NCBI GenBank assembly: GCA_024679065.1
Contig: JAGIQG010000011.1
Location: 38,688,001 to 38,752,000 of the forward strand
DNA: 64,000 bases
Direction: 5' to 3'
DNA from: Sphyrna mokarran
Taxonomy: Eukaryota
The notes under the pieces are model-generated. The model saw only the letters and a program-made list of their open reading frames with translations. It had not been told where the DNA came from and did no database searches. Below are positions 12,611 through 25,012 of this stretch, piece by piece. Every line of letters begins with the position of its first letter. Positions within the stretch are counted from its first letter, which is position 1. A program made the translations under genes and the position numbers.

Positions 12611-13254
12611 TGCTCAGTATGGATCAGTTCAAAGAGAATTTGCCAAGTGTGGAGGATAGAAAAAGGTTGCCCATCATAGTTGCAATCAGGCATGTGGGTT
12701 TCAGAGCACACATTTGCTCATGCTGAAGAGATTGGAGAAAAGAATCCAATGGGCCCATCAAAGGCTGATAACATTCTTCAGACTCACGAGGGTGATCTGA
12801 ATTGGGGGGCAGCATTGTATGCTGCTAGAGGTGGAAGTATGAGTATTTACTTGTTGGAGAAATTAGCCATGATAACCAGGAGAGAGCAGCCCCTTGTGGT
12901 GGTGTGCCTAACCTGGTGAACCTCACCATCCATGAGCTGGGAAACCTGGAACTCAAGTATTTGTGCAGAGGGAGGTTTTCCGGTCTTGGAGGAAGGCAAA
13001 AACCCAGTAACTGAATCGTGATAGGATGAATGTGAATATGAAGTATGGGCATCACAACCTTCAGAATGACTTCAGTGATGCGGCAATCAGTGAGATACTT
13101 CAGTGTAACTCAAACCACACACACACTGGGCAGCTGATTGTGTGTGATACCAGTGGTGTTTTTGTCCACATGTTTTCATCCCACAGATGAATTATTAGCA
13201 GAGTCAGTCGGGGGACACTGACCCTCCCATGACAGCATAGTACCATGTCCAGTG

Positions 13255-13572
13255 GTGGCCAGTGGTGTAGCAGTGGACCATTCACTGGACTAGTAATTCA
13301 GGGACCCAGGTTCGAATCCCACTATGGTGAAATTTTAATAAAAATCTGGAATTAAAAGTTAAGATAACCATGAAATCATTATTGTCATAAAAACCCATCT
13401 GGTTCACTGATGTCCTTTAGAGAAGGAAGTTTAGTGTCCTTACCTGGTCTGGCATGCATGTGAATCCAGATCCACAGCAATGTGATTGACTTTTAAATGC
13501 ACCCTCAAGGCACTTAGGGGTGGGCAATAAATGCTGGCCCAACTAGTAATGCCTAAATCACATGAATGAGTA
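13255..13572 (+). mobile_element. tRNA-derived SINE (second family)
   Basis: B-box-like ggttcgaatccc, core aaacccatctggttcactgatgtcctttagagaaggaa..tccttacctggtctggc, tail ttaggggtgggcaataaatgctggcc. Paralogue at 18737-18997, tail also at ~56400-56500. Confidence 0.85.
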
Positions 13573-15409
13573 AAATATATGGTAGAATAACTAATTGCTG
13601 TTTTTATGATTCTTACAGACAGCCAACCAGGAAATGAAAAGCAGTCATAATCAAACCTTGTTTCAAAAATACTAGGTAGAGCCAAGTGACGATTGGGACA
13701 TAACTGTGGATGAAGGTAGAAGTTCGAGAAATTGAATTTTAAAAACATAGTAATTGACTATAATAGAGACATATAACAACATTTCACCTATTTTTCAGGG
13801 CAAACTCAGTTGTTGGACGGTAGTTATTACTCAAATGCCTGTTAAAATCTGGTTACGTCTTATTGAACAAGTCTTAACTTTGTGTGGTTATTGATGGTGT
13901 TGTGAGAATGGAAAAAGGCAAGTCGTCTGCAGAGCAACTAATTTCACTGCTGGCTGTGGAATGCAGTGTGGGGATGCAGTGTCGACATCGGAGCTCTGTG
14001 TTCTGTGTTCATCTGTGTTTGTGCTAAATCCTAAAGCTGTGGTCAGATTAAAAAGTGGTGATGATGGTAAATAGTGATAGTGTTCTATCAGAAGATCTAT
14101 CAGAATACTATCAATGTTTACAAATTCTGGACCAATATATAATGCATTTTCTGATTTATCTTGTCTGGCACTGAATAGTAAATAAGACAATGTTGTTGGG
14201 AATCACAAACAAGTAACAAAATCAAAGCAAATGAACTAAATTATTGAAACCATGAGGAATTTAAATGTTGCATTTATGCATAAACTGTAACTTTCCTTTT
14301 CTATCTTTTTGTAAATACAGTTCCCCCTTTATTGAATTAGTTGTGACCTCACAGTTGCTATTAATGTGCTGAAGCAATACTGATATTGATGGTGTGAAAA
14401 AAATCAGATTTGCAATGAAGTTCTAATATTCCAAGTGCATGCTTCTGCACATTTTGGGTATTTGTGGCTTATGACCAAATTGAGTGGTTTAGATGTTGTA
14501 TCTCTGGAAAATAAAATTAAAGCAATTGTAAAAATCCTGACAATTTTAAGGAGACCCTACAGTCTGAAAATCACTCCCTGACATGATTTTTGAAAGGTTG
14601 TCTATGCACTCTGCATTCGGACTGAGTAATTGTATTTATTTGCTCCCTGTTTTCTGGTGATGGATGACATGCTTGTTCAGTATTAATGACATTGCATGCA
14701 ATTTCTGAGTGCTGAAGACTTGTTAAATGACTGGTGACATTTTTACAGTTGAATACAAGAAAAAGAAGTAGAAACTTTTGAGTACTAAGTAAATAGAATT
14801 AATAGAAAACTTGTATAATGAAGGTGTTGAGTGATATAATCCAAAAAGTACTTGTAGGATCTATTTATAAGTTAGTTTCCATTCAGCTGAGGTTCAGTGG
14901 CAGGTTTACTGTCCCGTGAGTCTCTAGGCATTTAGTATTTAGGAGCAACTTTAACTTATTGCTGTCTCTCAACCACCCCACTCTCCCACTGTCAATAAAA
15001 CTAAGATATCGGATCTTCCACTGGTTTTATATTGTGTTAATGGAAACTAAGCTAAAATCAGGCATGTTTTGAAATGGGTGGATGGTCCAATCCAGTCATT
15101 TAGCCTCCAGGTTGGCAATGCAAAAGTGACCTATTTAGTTTTACATTTCCTCCTGGGAGCAAGCTCTTGATCTGCACTTGGCACAGATTGAAATCCGAAG
15201 CTCATTGTGATAGACATTGTAGATACAAATATATATCCTGCCTTTCTAATATTGCAGCATTAGTGGAAATATCCAACAGGCTGGGATTGGGTTGCAGAAA
15301 CTCCGGTAGAATTTGAGTGACCCAGTTCTGAAGCATTTTGTTCATTTTCTACTCTTGCACAAGAGTTTATTTTTAACTGTACTCTACACAATACTAACAA
15401 GAATATTTC

Positions 15410-15685
15410 AATTCCAGACTCGAGCGTCTGACTATCTGTGTTGAGTTTACACATTCTCTCCATGTCTGTGTGGATTTCCTCCAGTGCTCCAGTTTTCTCC
15501 CACACTCCGGAGATGTGCGGGTTAGGTTGATTGGCCATGCTAAATTGCCCTTTAGTGTCGGAGGATTATAAGGATAAATATATGAGATTGTGGGGATAGG
15601 GTGTGGGTGGGATTGCCGTTGGTGCAGGCTCAGTGAGCCATATGGCCTCCTTCTGCACAGTAAGGATTCTGTGATTCTATGATGA
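15410..15685 (+). mobile_element. HE1-like V-SINE (5'-degraded)
   Basis: V-core gagtttacacattctctccatgtctgtgtggatttcctccagtgctccagttttctcccaca and CR1-like tail ggcctccttctgcacagtaaggattctgtgattctatga. Confidence 0.9.
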
Positions 15686-15699
15686 TTTGTGTTTTTGAC

Positions 15700-16578
15700 A
15701 GCTTACAGCAGGCACCTTAAAAGCACTGGAGAAGTAACATCAGCGATGTCTTGGTGAAGTCCTACAAATACAATGGCAAAAAAGTGACCCAACAGCAGCA
15801 TGCTGTCCCAAGCAAAATGCCCAGCGTCAAGCTACTCCATACCATCTCCACTGGACATGCAGATTTTAATGTAGTTTGTATGCCTGACATTAGGCTCCTG
15901 AAGTAAATGATCTACTTGGAACTTGGTTGCTGCAGGAGACTTCTGGGGAAAAGCGGAAAAACATTTTGGAAAGTCCTCGAAGATCCCTGCCGACCCATGG
16001 GAATCTCTGGCTTTTGACTGAGCAAAGCAGAGGAGGCATATCCAGAAACGCACTGAACACATTGAGAGACTTCAGGAACATGCAGGCATAGAAACCCTAC
16101 AGTGCAGAAGGAGACCTTTTGGCCCATCAAGTCTGCACTGACCACAATCCCACCCAGGCCCTACCCATATCTCTACATGTTTACCTACTAATCCCTCTAA
16201 CCTATGCATCTCAGGACACAAAGGGGCAATTTTAGCATAGCCAATCAACCAAACATGCACATCTTTGAACTGTGGGAGGAGACTGGAGCAGCGGAGGAAA
16301 CCTGTGCAGACACAAAATGTTCAAATTCCACACAGATAGTGACCCAGGCCAGGAATCGAACCCAGGTCCCTGGAGCTGTGAAGCAGCAGTGCTACCATGC
16401 CCAGACGTGTTAGAAATAGTGTGCAAAACTCTAGACAAGCCATCTACCCAAATCTTCACAAACCACTTACCCTGCATGTGGCAGTCTGTAGATCATGTAT
16501 TAGACTCACCAGCCATCGCCAAACTCATTGGACCAGACTGAAAACAAATCATCCTTGATGCTGAGAGACTGCAAAAGA
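15700..16578 (+). mobile_element. RTE-clade LINE 3' fragment, interrupted by a SINE
   Basis: VVCMPDIRLLK..IYLELG..RRL, WESLAFD..K.RRHIQ..EHIERL before the SINE and a degenerate C-terminal CxxC...SH..TH motif after it. These are typical RTE ORF-end motifs. Confidence 0.75.
16088..16400 (-). mobile_element. HE1-like V-SINE, near full length
   Basis: atagaaaccctacagtgcagaaggagacc...ggaatcgaacccaggtccctggagctgtgaagcagcagtgcta is the reverse complement of head, V-core and tail. Confidence 0.92.
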
Positions 16579-16961
16579 TAGACTTTCAAGATATGCTGTT
16601 TTTATGTAAGTTTGACAGTGATGTGCATTTGAATCATTAAAATTTTGATTGGCTTCTGTTCCATGCAGTGTTTTATTCTTGTCCATTTTATGGTGTTCAG
16701 TATGGATGGAAATACCTTATTTTTGAGGAGAGTGCTGGCTGAGCTGATGCTCGCTGGGCACATCCATCTTCTTTGTGCATCATACTTACCTGTGTCTCCC
16801 CAGCAGGTTCCATATGCTTGGTTCCTATTTTTTGCTGAGATTTTTGTTTCAGAGAACTTGCAGGATTTTGTGCCCCCCAGAGAACCTAGATGCAGAATCC
16901 TGATCTTTAGGTAGAATTTTCCCATTTCTATTCTCATTTCTGCGCAAGAGGAGGAAATACA

Positions 16962-17455
16962 GAATGACTTTGGTGGACTGGTCAAATAGGCAGAATGGTG
17001 GCAAATGGAATTTTACCCTGAAATGTGTGAGGTGATGCATTTTGGGATAACTAACAGGACAAGGGAATACACACAGAATGGAAGGATGCTAGGAAGTATA
17101 GAAGACTAAAGGGACTTGGGGTGTGTGTCCAAAGATCCCTGAAGGCGGCAGAATGGGTAGATAATATGGAATAGTTACTTTTATTAGCCAAGGCAAGAAC
17201 AGGGATGTTATGAAAAGTACAGGGGAGCAGTATAAAATATTTGTTAGGCCATAAATGAATATTGTGTGCAGTTCTAGTCGCTACACTAAAGGAAGGATGC
17301 AATTACACTAGAAAGAGTATAGAGAAGATGCACCAAGATGTTACTTGATTAGGCTGGGATTGTTTTCCTTAGAGCAGGGGACCTGATTGAGGTGTGCAAA
17401 ATTATGAGGAACACAGATAAGAAGGAAGTTTTCCCCTTCGTTGAAAGGTCAGTCA
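16962..17455 (+). mobile_element. CR1 LINE ORF2 3' fragment, degraded
   Basis: WQMEFYPEMCEVMHFG, EYCVQF*S, GDLIEVCKIMR; homologous to the 6284-7622 copy. Confidence 0.85.
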
Positions 17456-18205
17456 TATGAACACATCCAAATTAAACAGCCTGTTTGTAAAAATGTACAT
17501 CTTTTCCCATTCCCTGTGCCTAATTGAATTGTAAAATCAGAAACTATTGTACCTTATTAATCCTATCCAAGAACAACATCTTGTTATATCTCAGATCATC
17601 CTCGTACTGTGATTTGATTGCTTTAGTCACACTAACATTCCTGCCAAGATACCGTTATCCAACACAAAATATGCCCATTAAAAATAGTTTTTTTAACTGA
17701 TTAGTTACACAATTCTGCTCATTTTAGAGAAAAAAATTCTACCTTAAATTTAGGTGTGCCATTTTAGCATTATTCCAGCAACTTCTTCCTGGCACTCAGT
17801 CTTATCAACCCTAAAATAAATGAATACCCAAAAATAAAGTACTACAAATGCTGGAAATCTGAAATAACAACTGATAATGCTAGAAATATTCAACAGGCCA
17901 GGTGACATCTATAGATAGAGGATAACATTTCATCAGTTCTGGCAAGCTTGGTACATTCTTTTTCACTAACGTATAAAGATCTGCCAAACCTCAGGTATTC
18001 TTTGGCCAACGTTGCCTGTTGTAAACAATGCCCAATACAACAGGCCAATGGAGATGCACATCCACACCTTTTGTGGGAGTTTGTTGAGTGCCAATGTTGT
18101 CATGTTGTGTGCATTCCAACAGAGTGTGCATTTCACTAAGTACGTCATTGGCTGAAAAGTGCTTTAAAATGTCTAATGGGGACACTTATGACTGTTGAAC
18201 AGCAC

Positions 18206-18660
18206 TTTAATTATATAGCACCTTTAACATAAAACTTCTAAATGCGTTTCACATGAGTAGTTCAAAATAATGACACTAAGTCATATTAGGTCAGATGATT
18301 AAAAGCTTGGTCTAAGGTAAATTTTAAGAAATATCTTAAAGAATAAAAGTGAGGCACAGAGGTATAGGAATTGAATTCCAGAGTTTAGAGTCTAGGCAAC
18401 TGAAGCCATGGCCAGCAATCATGGGAATTCTGATTGGGAATGCACAAGAATCCAGAATTAGAAAAAACACAGGCTTGGAGAACTGTGGGGTTTGTGGAGA
18501 TTACAGAGATGGGGATGGGCAAGATCATGGAGTGATTTGAAAGTCAGAACTTTAAAAGCAAGACATTGCTTAACTAGGAAGTCAGCAACCTTAAGTGTTA
18601 GGTGAACTGACTTGCAGTGAGTTAAGACATTGGCAACCAAATTTTATATGATCTCAAGTT
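18206..18660 (-). mobile_element. L2-type LINE 3' fragment, next to a + strand Deu-SINE tail at ~18040-18190
   Basis: tatatagcacctttaacataaaac...aaaagcttggtctaaggtaaattttaag...gaattccagagtttagagtctaggcaactgaagccatggcc is the reverse of an L2 end (AFS..P.LWNS.P). Confidence 0.65.
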
Positions 18661-18736
18661 TATGGGGGATAGAATTTTGGGAGACAGAAATGTGTTGCAG
18701 AAATGTATCTGCATCAGTAAGATATTTTCTAAGGAG

Positions 18737-19230
18737 AGGCAGTGGGACTGTGGTATTGTCACTGGACTAGTAATCCAGAGACCCAGAGTAATACTCTGGA
18801 GACACAGGTTCGAATCCCATTGTGGCAGATGGTGGAAGTTGAGTAAAAACCTAGAATTAGAAGTCCAATGAAGATCACAAAACCACAGTGTAATTTGTCA
18901 TAAAAACCCTTCATGTTCCCTAATGACCTTTAGGGAAGGTGTCCTTACCTAGTCTGGCCTACACATGAATCCAGATCCACAGCGATGTGTTGATTCTTAG
19001 GTGGCCTGGTGGCATATTGATTAGCTCTGCTGCCTGACACATGTTTGATTCTAGCCTTGGGTGACTGTCTGTGTGGAGTTTGCACCTTCCACCTGTGTCT
19101 GCATGGGTTTCCTCTAGTGTTCCCATACTCCAAAGATGTGCAGCTTAGGTGTATTGCTAAGTTGCCCCTTAGAGTCCAAGGATGTGTACGTTAGGTGGAT
19201 TTGCTATGATAAATGCATATGGTTGCATGA
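18737..19230 (+). mobile_element. Tandem SINEs: second-family SINE (18737-18997) followed by an HE1-like SINE
   Basis: tggtattgtcactggactagtaatccagagacccag..ggttcgaatccc matches the 13255 copy; then gtgtggagtttgcaccttccacctgtgtctgcatgggtttcctc (V-core). Confidence 0.85.
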
Positions 19231-21029
19231 ATTGGAAATTCTGTATGGGAGGGGGGTTGGGTAATACAGCAGGGAGGTCCATTAATTAGATGTAAAATGT
19301 ATGATTTTTTTGAGATGGGCCTGAATTGGATTGGGAAACTGCAAAGGGAAACTGCGATGCAAGGGCTTTGATGGGATGGTCTTTTGGAAAGTTGGTGCAG
19401 TCTTGATGGCTGAATGGCCTCTTTGTGTACTAAAGGGACTCTATGATCCTACTGAGTGCTGTTGGAAATGTGATTGGAGACTGGAGTTAAAGAAAAAGAA
19501 GGTGATGTTCTACAGGGACTTATGTTGCATCATTCCTATTTATTGTAAATGATGTAAATTTGGGAATTGAGTAATTTAAAAAAATTAATTACAACAATTT
19601 GGGCTGGAATTGACTGGTGAGGACTGGTTATGAAGAACTAAATTACAAGAGAAGGTAGTCTAGTAGGATGGGCAGATACAGTTCTATGTAGGAATAAAGT
19701 GCAATTCAGGTAAGATTGGGTAAAAAATCTGTGATTTCAAACTGGATTTTTTGAGATGGATCCCAATGAAAATGAGAAACTGCAAAGGAGAACTGTGAAA
19801 GGAAACTAAGATTAGAAACCAAAACTTCTGGGGAGAATGAAACTGGTTGAAACTATATAAAAGAACAAAGCCATTAGAACTCAGATACAGACCTCAGTGG
19901 TGCAGTACAAGCAGGTTGAAGATAGAGGCAAGAGGGGGCAGAGAATCCAGCAGGAGGCCCAGAATGGCTTTTACAGTGTTGGGATTTCCCACTGAGGTTG
20001 TCTCCACTCCCCACCCCCCACCTTCCCAAACATCCACCTGTGACATAATGGGATTCCTACCAGGTTGGGAACCCTATTAGCATACATTTTACATCGACTT
20101 TACAGGTCCTCCTGCTGTTCTCCCAAAACAGAATTCCCCCCACTAACCAGCGTAACATCATTTCCGTGGAGTTGGCAACCGGTTTTGTAAAATGTGGAAG
20201 TGGCAAATGGAACTCACCAGGGATTCGCTTGTAGATATAGTCCCCAGGATGAAAATCATACCCAAGCACTGCTCCCTGGCACAGCTGGAGGAGGGGGTTA
20301 TTTCCCCCGTCGGTTGTGGGATGGGGGAACTTGTTTTATTTCTTTTAAGTCAGGGTGCCCTTGAAAAATGGTAGCATAATCTGTCAGGAGTCAAGCTTGC
20401 TGACTCATTCAGAACCCAGCCCTCCAATATGACTTTGCGGGTCCCAGCCAACTCTTACTGAGGCTGTATCTGTTACTTGAAGCCCATTGGTGGACTTACA
20501 CCATCCATACACTCTTAAGCATAGCTTAGGTTCTGCAGACATGCACCGTTTTCGGTGAAGACCAAGCCTGTGGAACTCAGGCTGGTTGTACTTTGCTGTT
20601 GGCGATCAGGCTACATTGTAGAAGAGGAGCTGAAGTTCTTTGTGAGGAATACAGAGTTTTGAAGGGCTTTGTGACTGAGATTGATGACATATCTGCTGCA
20701 TGGACTGCTGAGCCAATTCATCAGATTTGTCTTTGTTGTATTTGCCATTTAGCTTGCAATAAATCAACTGCAATTTGCAAGTTGATTCATGTTTCATTTA
20801 TGTTGATTCTGGGTTTTAGAGTCGTGGTTACCTATTTAGATAGTATTTCGTGTTTGTTTTCTTTGACTCTGAATAGAAACACTTTTGTTGTAAATTATGG
20901 ACTGTGGTTTGATTCTGCAGGGAATAACTGATGTTGGTTTTTTTTTTAAATCATTAGTCTCGACTGAGATCATGACAATGGGAAAAGTGATCCACTTTAA
21001 ATTATGCATCAAATGGTGAGTTGAAATCT

Positions 21030-21460
21030 TTGCTTGTAGGTATATCAATCAGTCAAAATGGCCAGAAAAGCAGAAGCTGCTGTAAAAAGGGGCAAATCGA
21101 ATTCTTTTCACACCTGAGGGTATAGAATGAAGATGTGCAATCTGATTTTAAGCGTTTACAAGACTTTGAAGCTGCAGTTAGACAGAATGTTGTGCACCAT
21201 TTTGGCAACCCATTGGAGGAAGAAAGTGAATAGGACTGTAAAAGGAGCTGTATAAACTTTTCAGAAATTTGTCAGCTATGAGGATCTGTGTTCATGAAGA
21301 GTTTTGAAGTTGGGAAATTTTCCATAGAGTGAGCAAGATTAAGGGGTAATCTGACATAGATGTTAAAGATTATAAATGATCATTATAAGGTAACTGGGAT
21401 AACCATTTCCATAGGCTGTGATAACTAAAGAGTTAAAATAGATTTGAGATAAAAGAATGA
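21030..21460 (+). mobile_element. Highly degraded CR1 3' fragment
   Basis: tagaatgttgtgcaccattttggcaacccc and agcaagattaaggggtaatctgacatagatgttaaagattataa resemble EYC.QFW.P and RLRGDLI...KI. Confidence 0.55.
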
Positions 21461-22125
21461 CTGTGGATCATGGTTCACAAGACCCCATACCTGTAGAGCC
21501 AAAATGCACACTTAAGCCTATCTTTTGATATATAATTTGATCCCCTCCCATTTTTTTAGTGAATGAATGTATGTATATACTTGCATTAGAGGTTGGCCTC
21601 AATGTTTTCAGCTCTGAGATGCATTTTTTGGTTGATGCATTAAAATTTGGCACATGGGATCAAGCAGGCGATTATGGGCTGTCTTGTCAGGATGTGTGGG
21701 AGTTTAAAACCCTCCCAAACAGGGCAGATCACACATGACAACTGATGACAGCAATGGGTGCTCCTGAACCAACACTGATGGTTCATTTTTACATACTTAG
21801 CATATAAATCGATACCTATTTTTGGAAGGATTTTTCAAAGCTTCAAAGGTCAATTTAAATATCATGATGTGCAGTATTAAAAGGTGGGGATCAGGTTGGA
21901 TAGAGGCAGTGGATTTTGTGGTGACCAATTTCTGTGCTGCAAAAATCTGTGATTTGCCTCTGATAAAAACATGTTATTTGTGTTGTAATTTCTGTGCAAT
22001 CTATTTTTACCCCTATCCAGATTACCCGTCAGCTATCCTTTTTTCCCGAAGGTAGCAAGTTTTATTCAATGTAGTTTTATCATTCCAGCTCATTGTCTTA
22101 GCATGTATGTCATTTGAGGGTCAGT

Positions 22126-22293
22126 AAAATACTGGAAAATCTCAGCAGGTCTGACAATATCTGTTGGGAGAGAGTGGAGCCAACTACATTAGAAACACTG
22201 GCTCTACTTGTTCTCTGCAGATGCCGTCAGACCTGCTAGATTTTCCAGCATTTTTCTATTATGTTTCAGATTCCAGCATGCACAGTATTTTGT
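22126..22293. mobile_element. Inverted pair of Penelope-like terminal repeats
   Basis: aaaatactggaaaatctcagcaggtctgacaatatctg is reverse-complementary to cagatgccgtcagacctgctagattttccagcatttt. The same motif occurs at ~17835, 24640, 44785, 48225 and 56700. Confidence 0.65.
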
Positions 22294-23236
22294 GTTTAAG
22301 GATAACTGATTATATCTGACTGCTTTTTCTAGCTCTTGGGTGTGAAATTCTGCACTGGTTGCAGAGAACACATTGCTGCACTCGCTGAGATTAGTTTCCT
22401 CAACACAGATATAGGATCAAACCCACGATTCTTCAACTCTGAGCAAGTCAGTAACAGGGACAGCTTAATTATAGCTTACGTTTGTGCAGCATTTTTTTAA
22501 AAAAGAACTTTTTGTTTTTAAAATCAAAAATTTGGCTGTTCAAACATATGCCTGTAACCAGCTAATTTATCTTTAACTGAGAATTGAATTGCTGATACTT
22601 AAAGTAATTGTTTTCCAGAAGACTGTTGCATTTTTGCTGATGGTAGCAATGTATGAGGAACTAAAAACCATCTAGTTCCACTTCACCACTGTTTGGATTT
22701 TCTTAACTAAGCTGAGTTCTGATGAGAGGCAAGCTCTACAGCTTACAACTGATGGAATATAATCTAAACATAATTTCAGATGGAATAAAGGCCAGAGATA
22801 CAGTTTTAAAATTAAAATTATACCGCTAATTTCCAATGGTACAGAACTTCTGCTCTCAGTACCACCTAGAACAAAATGTGTTTGGATGTGGATGTAAAAA
22901 AATGCTTAAATAATTTCTAGACACATGTTATCAGTTGGTCCCTCTGCTACTTATGATATATGTGTGTGGAAACATGAGATTGCATTTGAAAGTGGCCGCT
23001 CCACTAATTGCACAAAAATATACTTTGACTGTTAATGCAAAAGTATTGTAACTTGATGTTCATGACATAGTGTGAGTCATGAGTATATTTTTTTCCCTGA
23101 ATAATTCAGTCTGACACATTTATAAATAACCATTTTTCAAGTGTTGGAATCTGGAAGAAAGTAATCAGAAGTCAAAATTTGCCTTTTTTTTAGCATAGGG
23201 GCAACATAGGCTATTGAGTGGGCCATATTATGGCAT

Positions 23237-23545
23237 GGGCACATGGTTGGCACAGTGGTTAGCATTGCTGCCTTACAGTACCAAGGACCTGGGTTCGATT
23301 ACTGTCTTGGGTCACTCTTTGTGCAGAATCTGCACGTTCTATTTGTGCCGGCATGCTTTTTCTCTGGTTGTTCCAGTTTCCTCCCACAGTCCAAAAGATA
23401 TGCTGGTTAGGTGCATTGACCATGCTAAATTTGTCCTTCATGTACCTGAACAGGTGCCGGAGTGTGATGACTAGGGAATTATCATAGATACATCATTGCA
23501 GTGTTAATGTAAGCCTATTAGAAGCACAAATAAATAAAAGATAAA
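23237..23545 (+). mobile_element. V-SINE-type element with non-CR1 tail
   Basis: ggttggcacagtggttagcattgctgcct..gggttcgatt, V-core, tail tacctgaacaggtgccggagtgtgatgactaggg..cattgcagtgttaatgtaagcct and an (aaat)n end. Confidence 0.9.
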
Positions 23546-24639
23546 TAAAATATGAAGAAAGCAGTCAATCAACTTCAAGTGGTGAAAATAAAATAAATAT
23601 TTACAGTTGATTGGTTTAAGAGGGAACACAGGCAATGTTATGTGCAATCAGCGTGTACCTCACTTTATTTGCTTTTGTTTTACCTGCATATCCCCCAGTT
23701 GTACTAGTAGGAAAAAAAACTACGTGGACAGAAATTAATGGAGTGTGACAATTCTATGCATGCACAACAGTCAACAAAATGAATCATGGGCTGCACTCAG
23801 AACCTAGATGGGCCACAGGACCCACCACTGACGTCCTGTGTGTACCCAAGATTCCTATTCAGTACCTCTGCATGACAGTATAATTACAAGAAAACGATAT
23901 CATGAGTTGAAACTATCCCAGCATTCTTAGTAAATCTTTCCCAGTGTTTGGAATTCTGATTATTTTTGATAACAAGTGGAAGTGGGGTAACTCTGTATGT
24001 CACTGGTTGGATTTGCAGTGTGGAAACTAAACTGAACATGATGAAGGAGTGCAGGCTGATTATGGGGAAGAATAGCCTGTTCTGCTAAATTCCCTTGTTT
24101 TAATTTATGAGAAAAATCATTAGATCCCTTGAAAGGATTTTTTTTATAGCAAAGATTGGTTAATATTCTTAATTCCATAACTGGACTTGTATGTGTCAGA
24201 CAATACCTGGAAACATTATATACATCTGATAATGTAAAATGGAATAGGAAATACTGTCCCTGACAAATTCATATATGACACTTTTATTTTATGTGTGTGT
24301 ATTTATAATGATTTATTTCTAATTATTCTTGAAATTCCCAATGTGAAATGGAGACAAAGAATAAAGCATTTTCCAATTAGATGCATTCAGATCAACAGTG
24401 TTTTATTTTTACCATTTTCTTGAACAAATTGGTGTTTCCCATGAATGAAAGCAGTAAATAATGTCTAAAATTTTGTGTGGCATGCTCACAAAGCAAAAAA
24501 CAAGACTTAAATCATTTTGAAGAAAATTGCTTTGTGTGTTGTCTCAAGTTGCTCAGTTTTTGCTCCCACAACCCTTCACTTCTTTGATTTCAACAAAGGA
24601 AAATTGCTTTCAATCATCAAACTGATCATGAAGCACAGG

Positions 24640-25012
24640 ACTGCTGGAAATCTGAAATAGAAACACAAAATGCTGGAAATACTCAGCTAGTCTGGCAGCA
24701 TTTGTGGAGAAAAAAAACAGTTAATATTTCAGGCCACTGACCTTCCATCATGACTGGGAAAATTAGAGGTCAATATTTTTTTCAAAAGTTCAAAGACGGA
24801 GGAAAGGTCTGTGATGGGGAGCAAGACAGGAAAGATTGAATGACAGAGGAGTTGGTCTTATAGGGTCAAAGCGAATGATGCTGGAGCAGGAAAGTAAACA
24901 AAAGGTCTATCTCTGTTCAGTCTGCATGTAAGACCCACAATTTCCAATGGCTGTCAGTTTAATTCTCCACCTTGCTCTCACACTGACATCTCTGTCCTTG
25001 ATCTGCTGCATT
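24640..25012. mobile_element. Penelope-like element fragment
   Basis: Terminal motif ctgctggaaatctgaaatagaaacacaaaatgctggaaatactcagctagtctggcagc plus a downstream segment (gtcagtttaattctccaccttgctctcacactgacatctctgtcc) resembling the GIY-YIG end of Penelope ORFs. Cut by Harbinger relic B. Confidence 0.55.
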
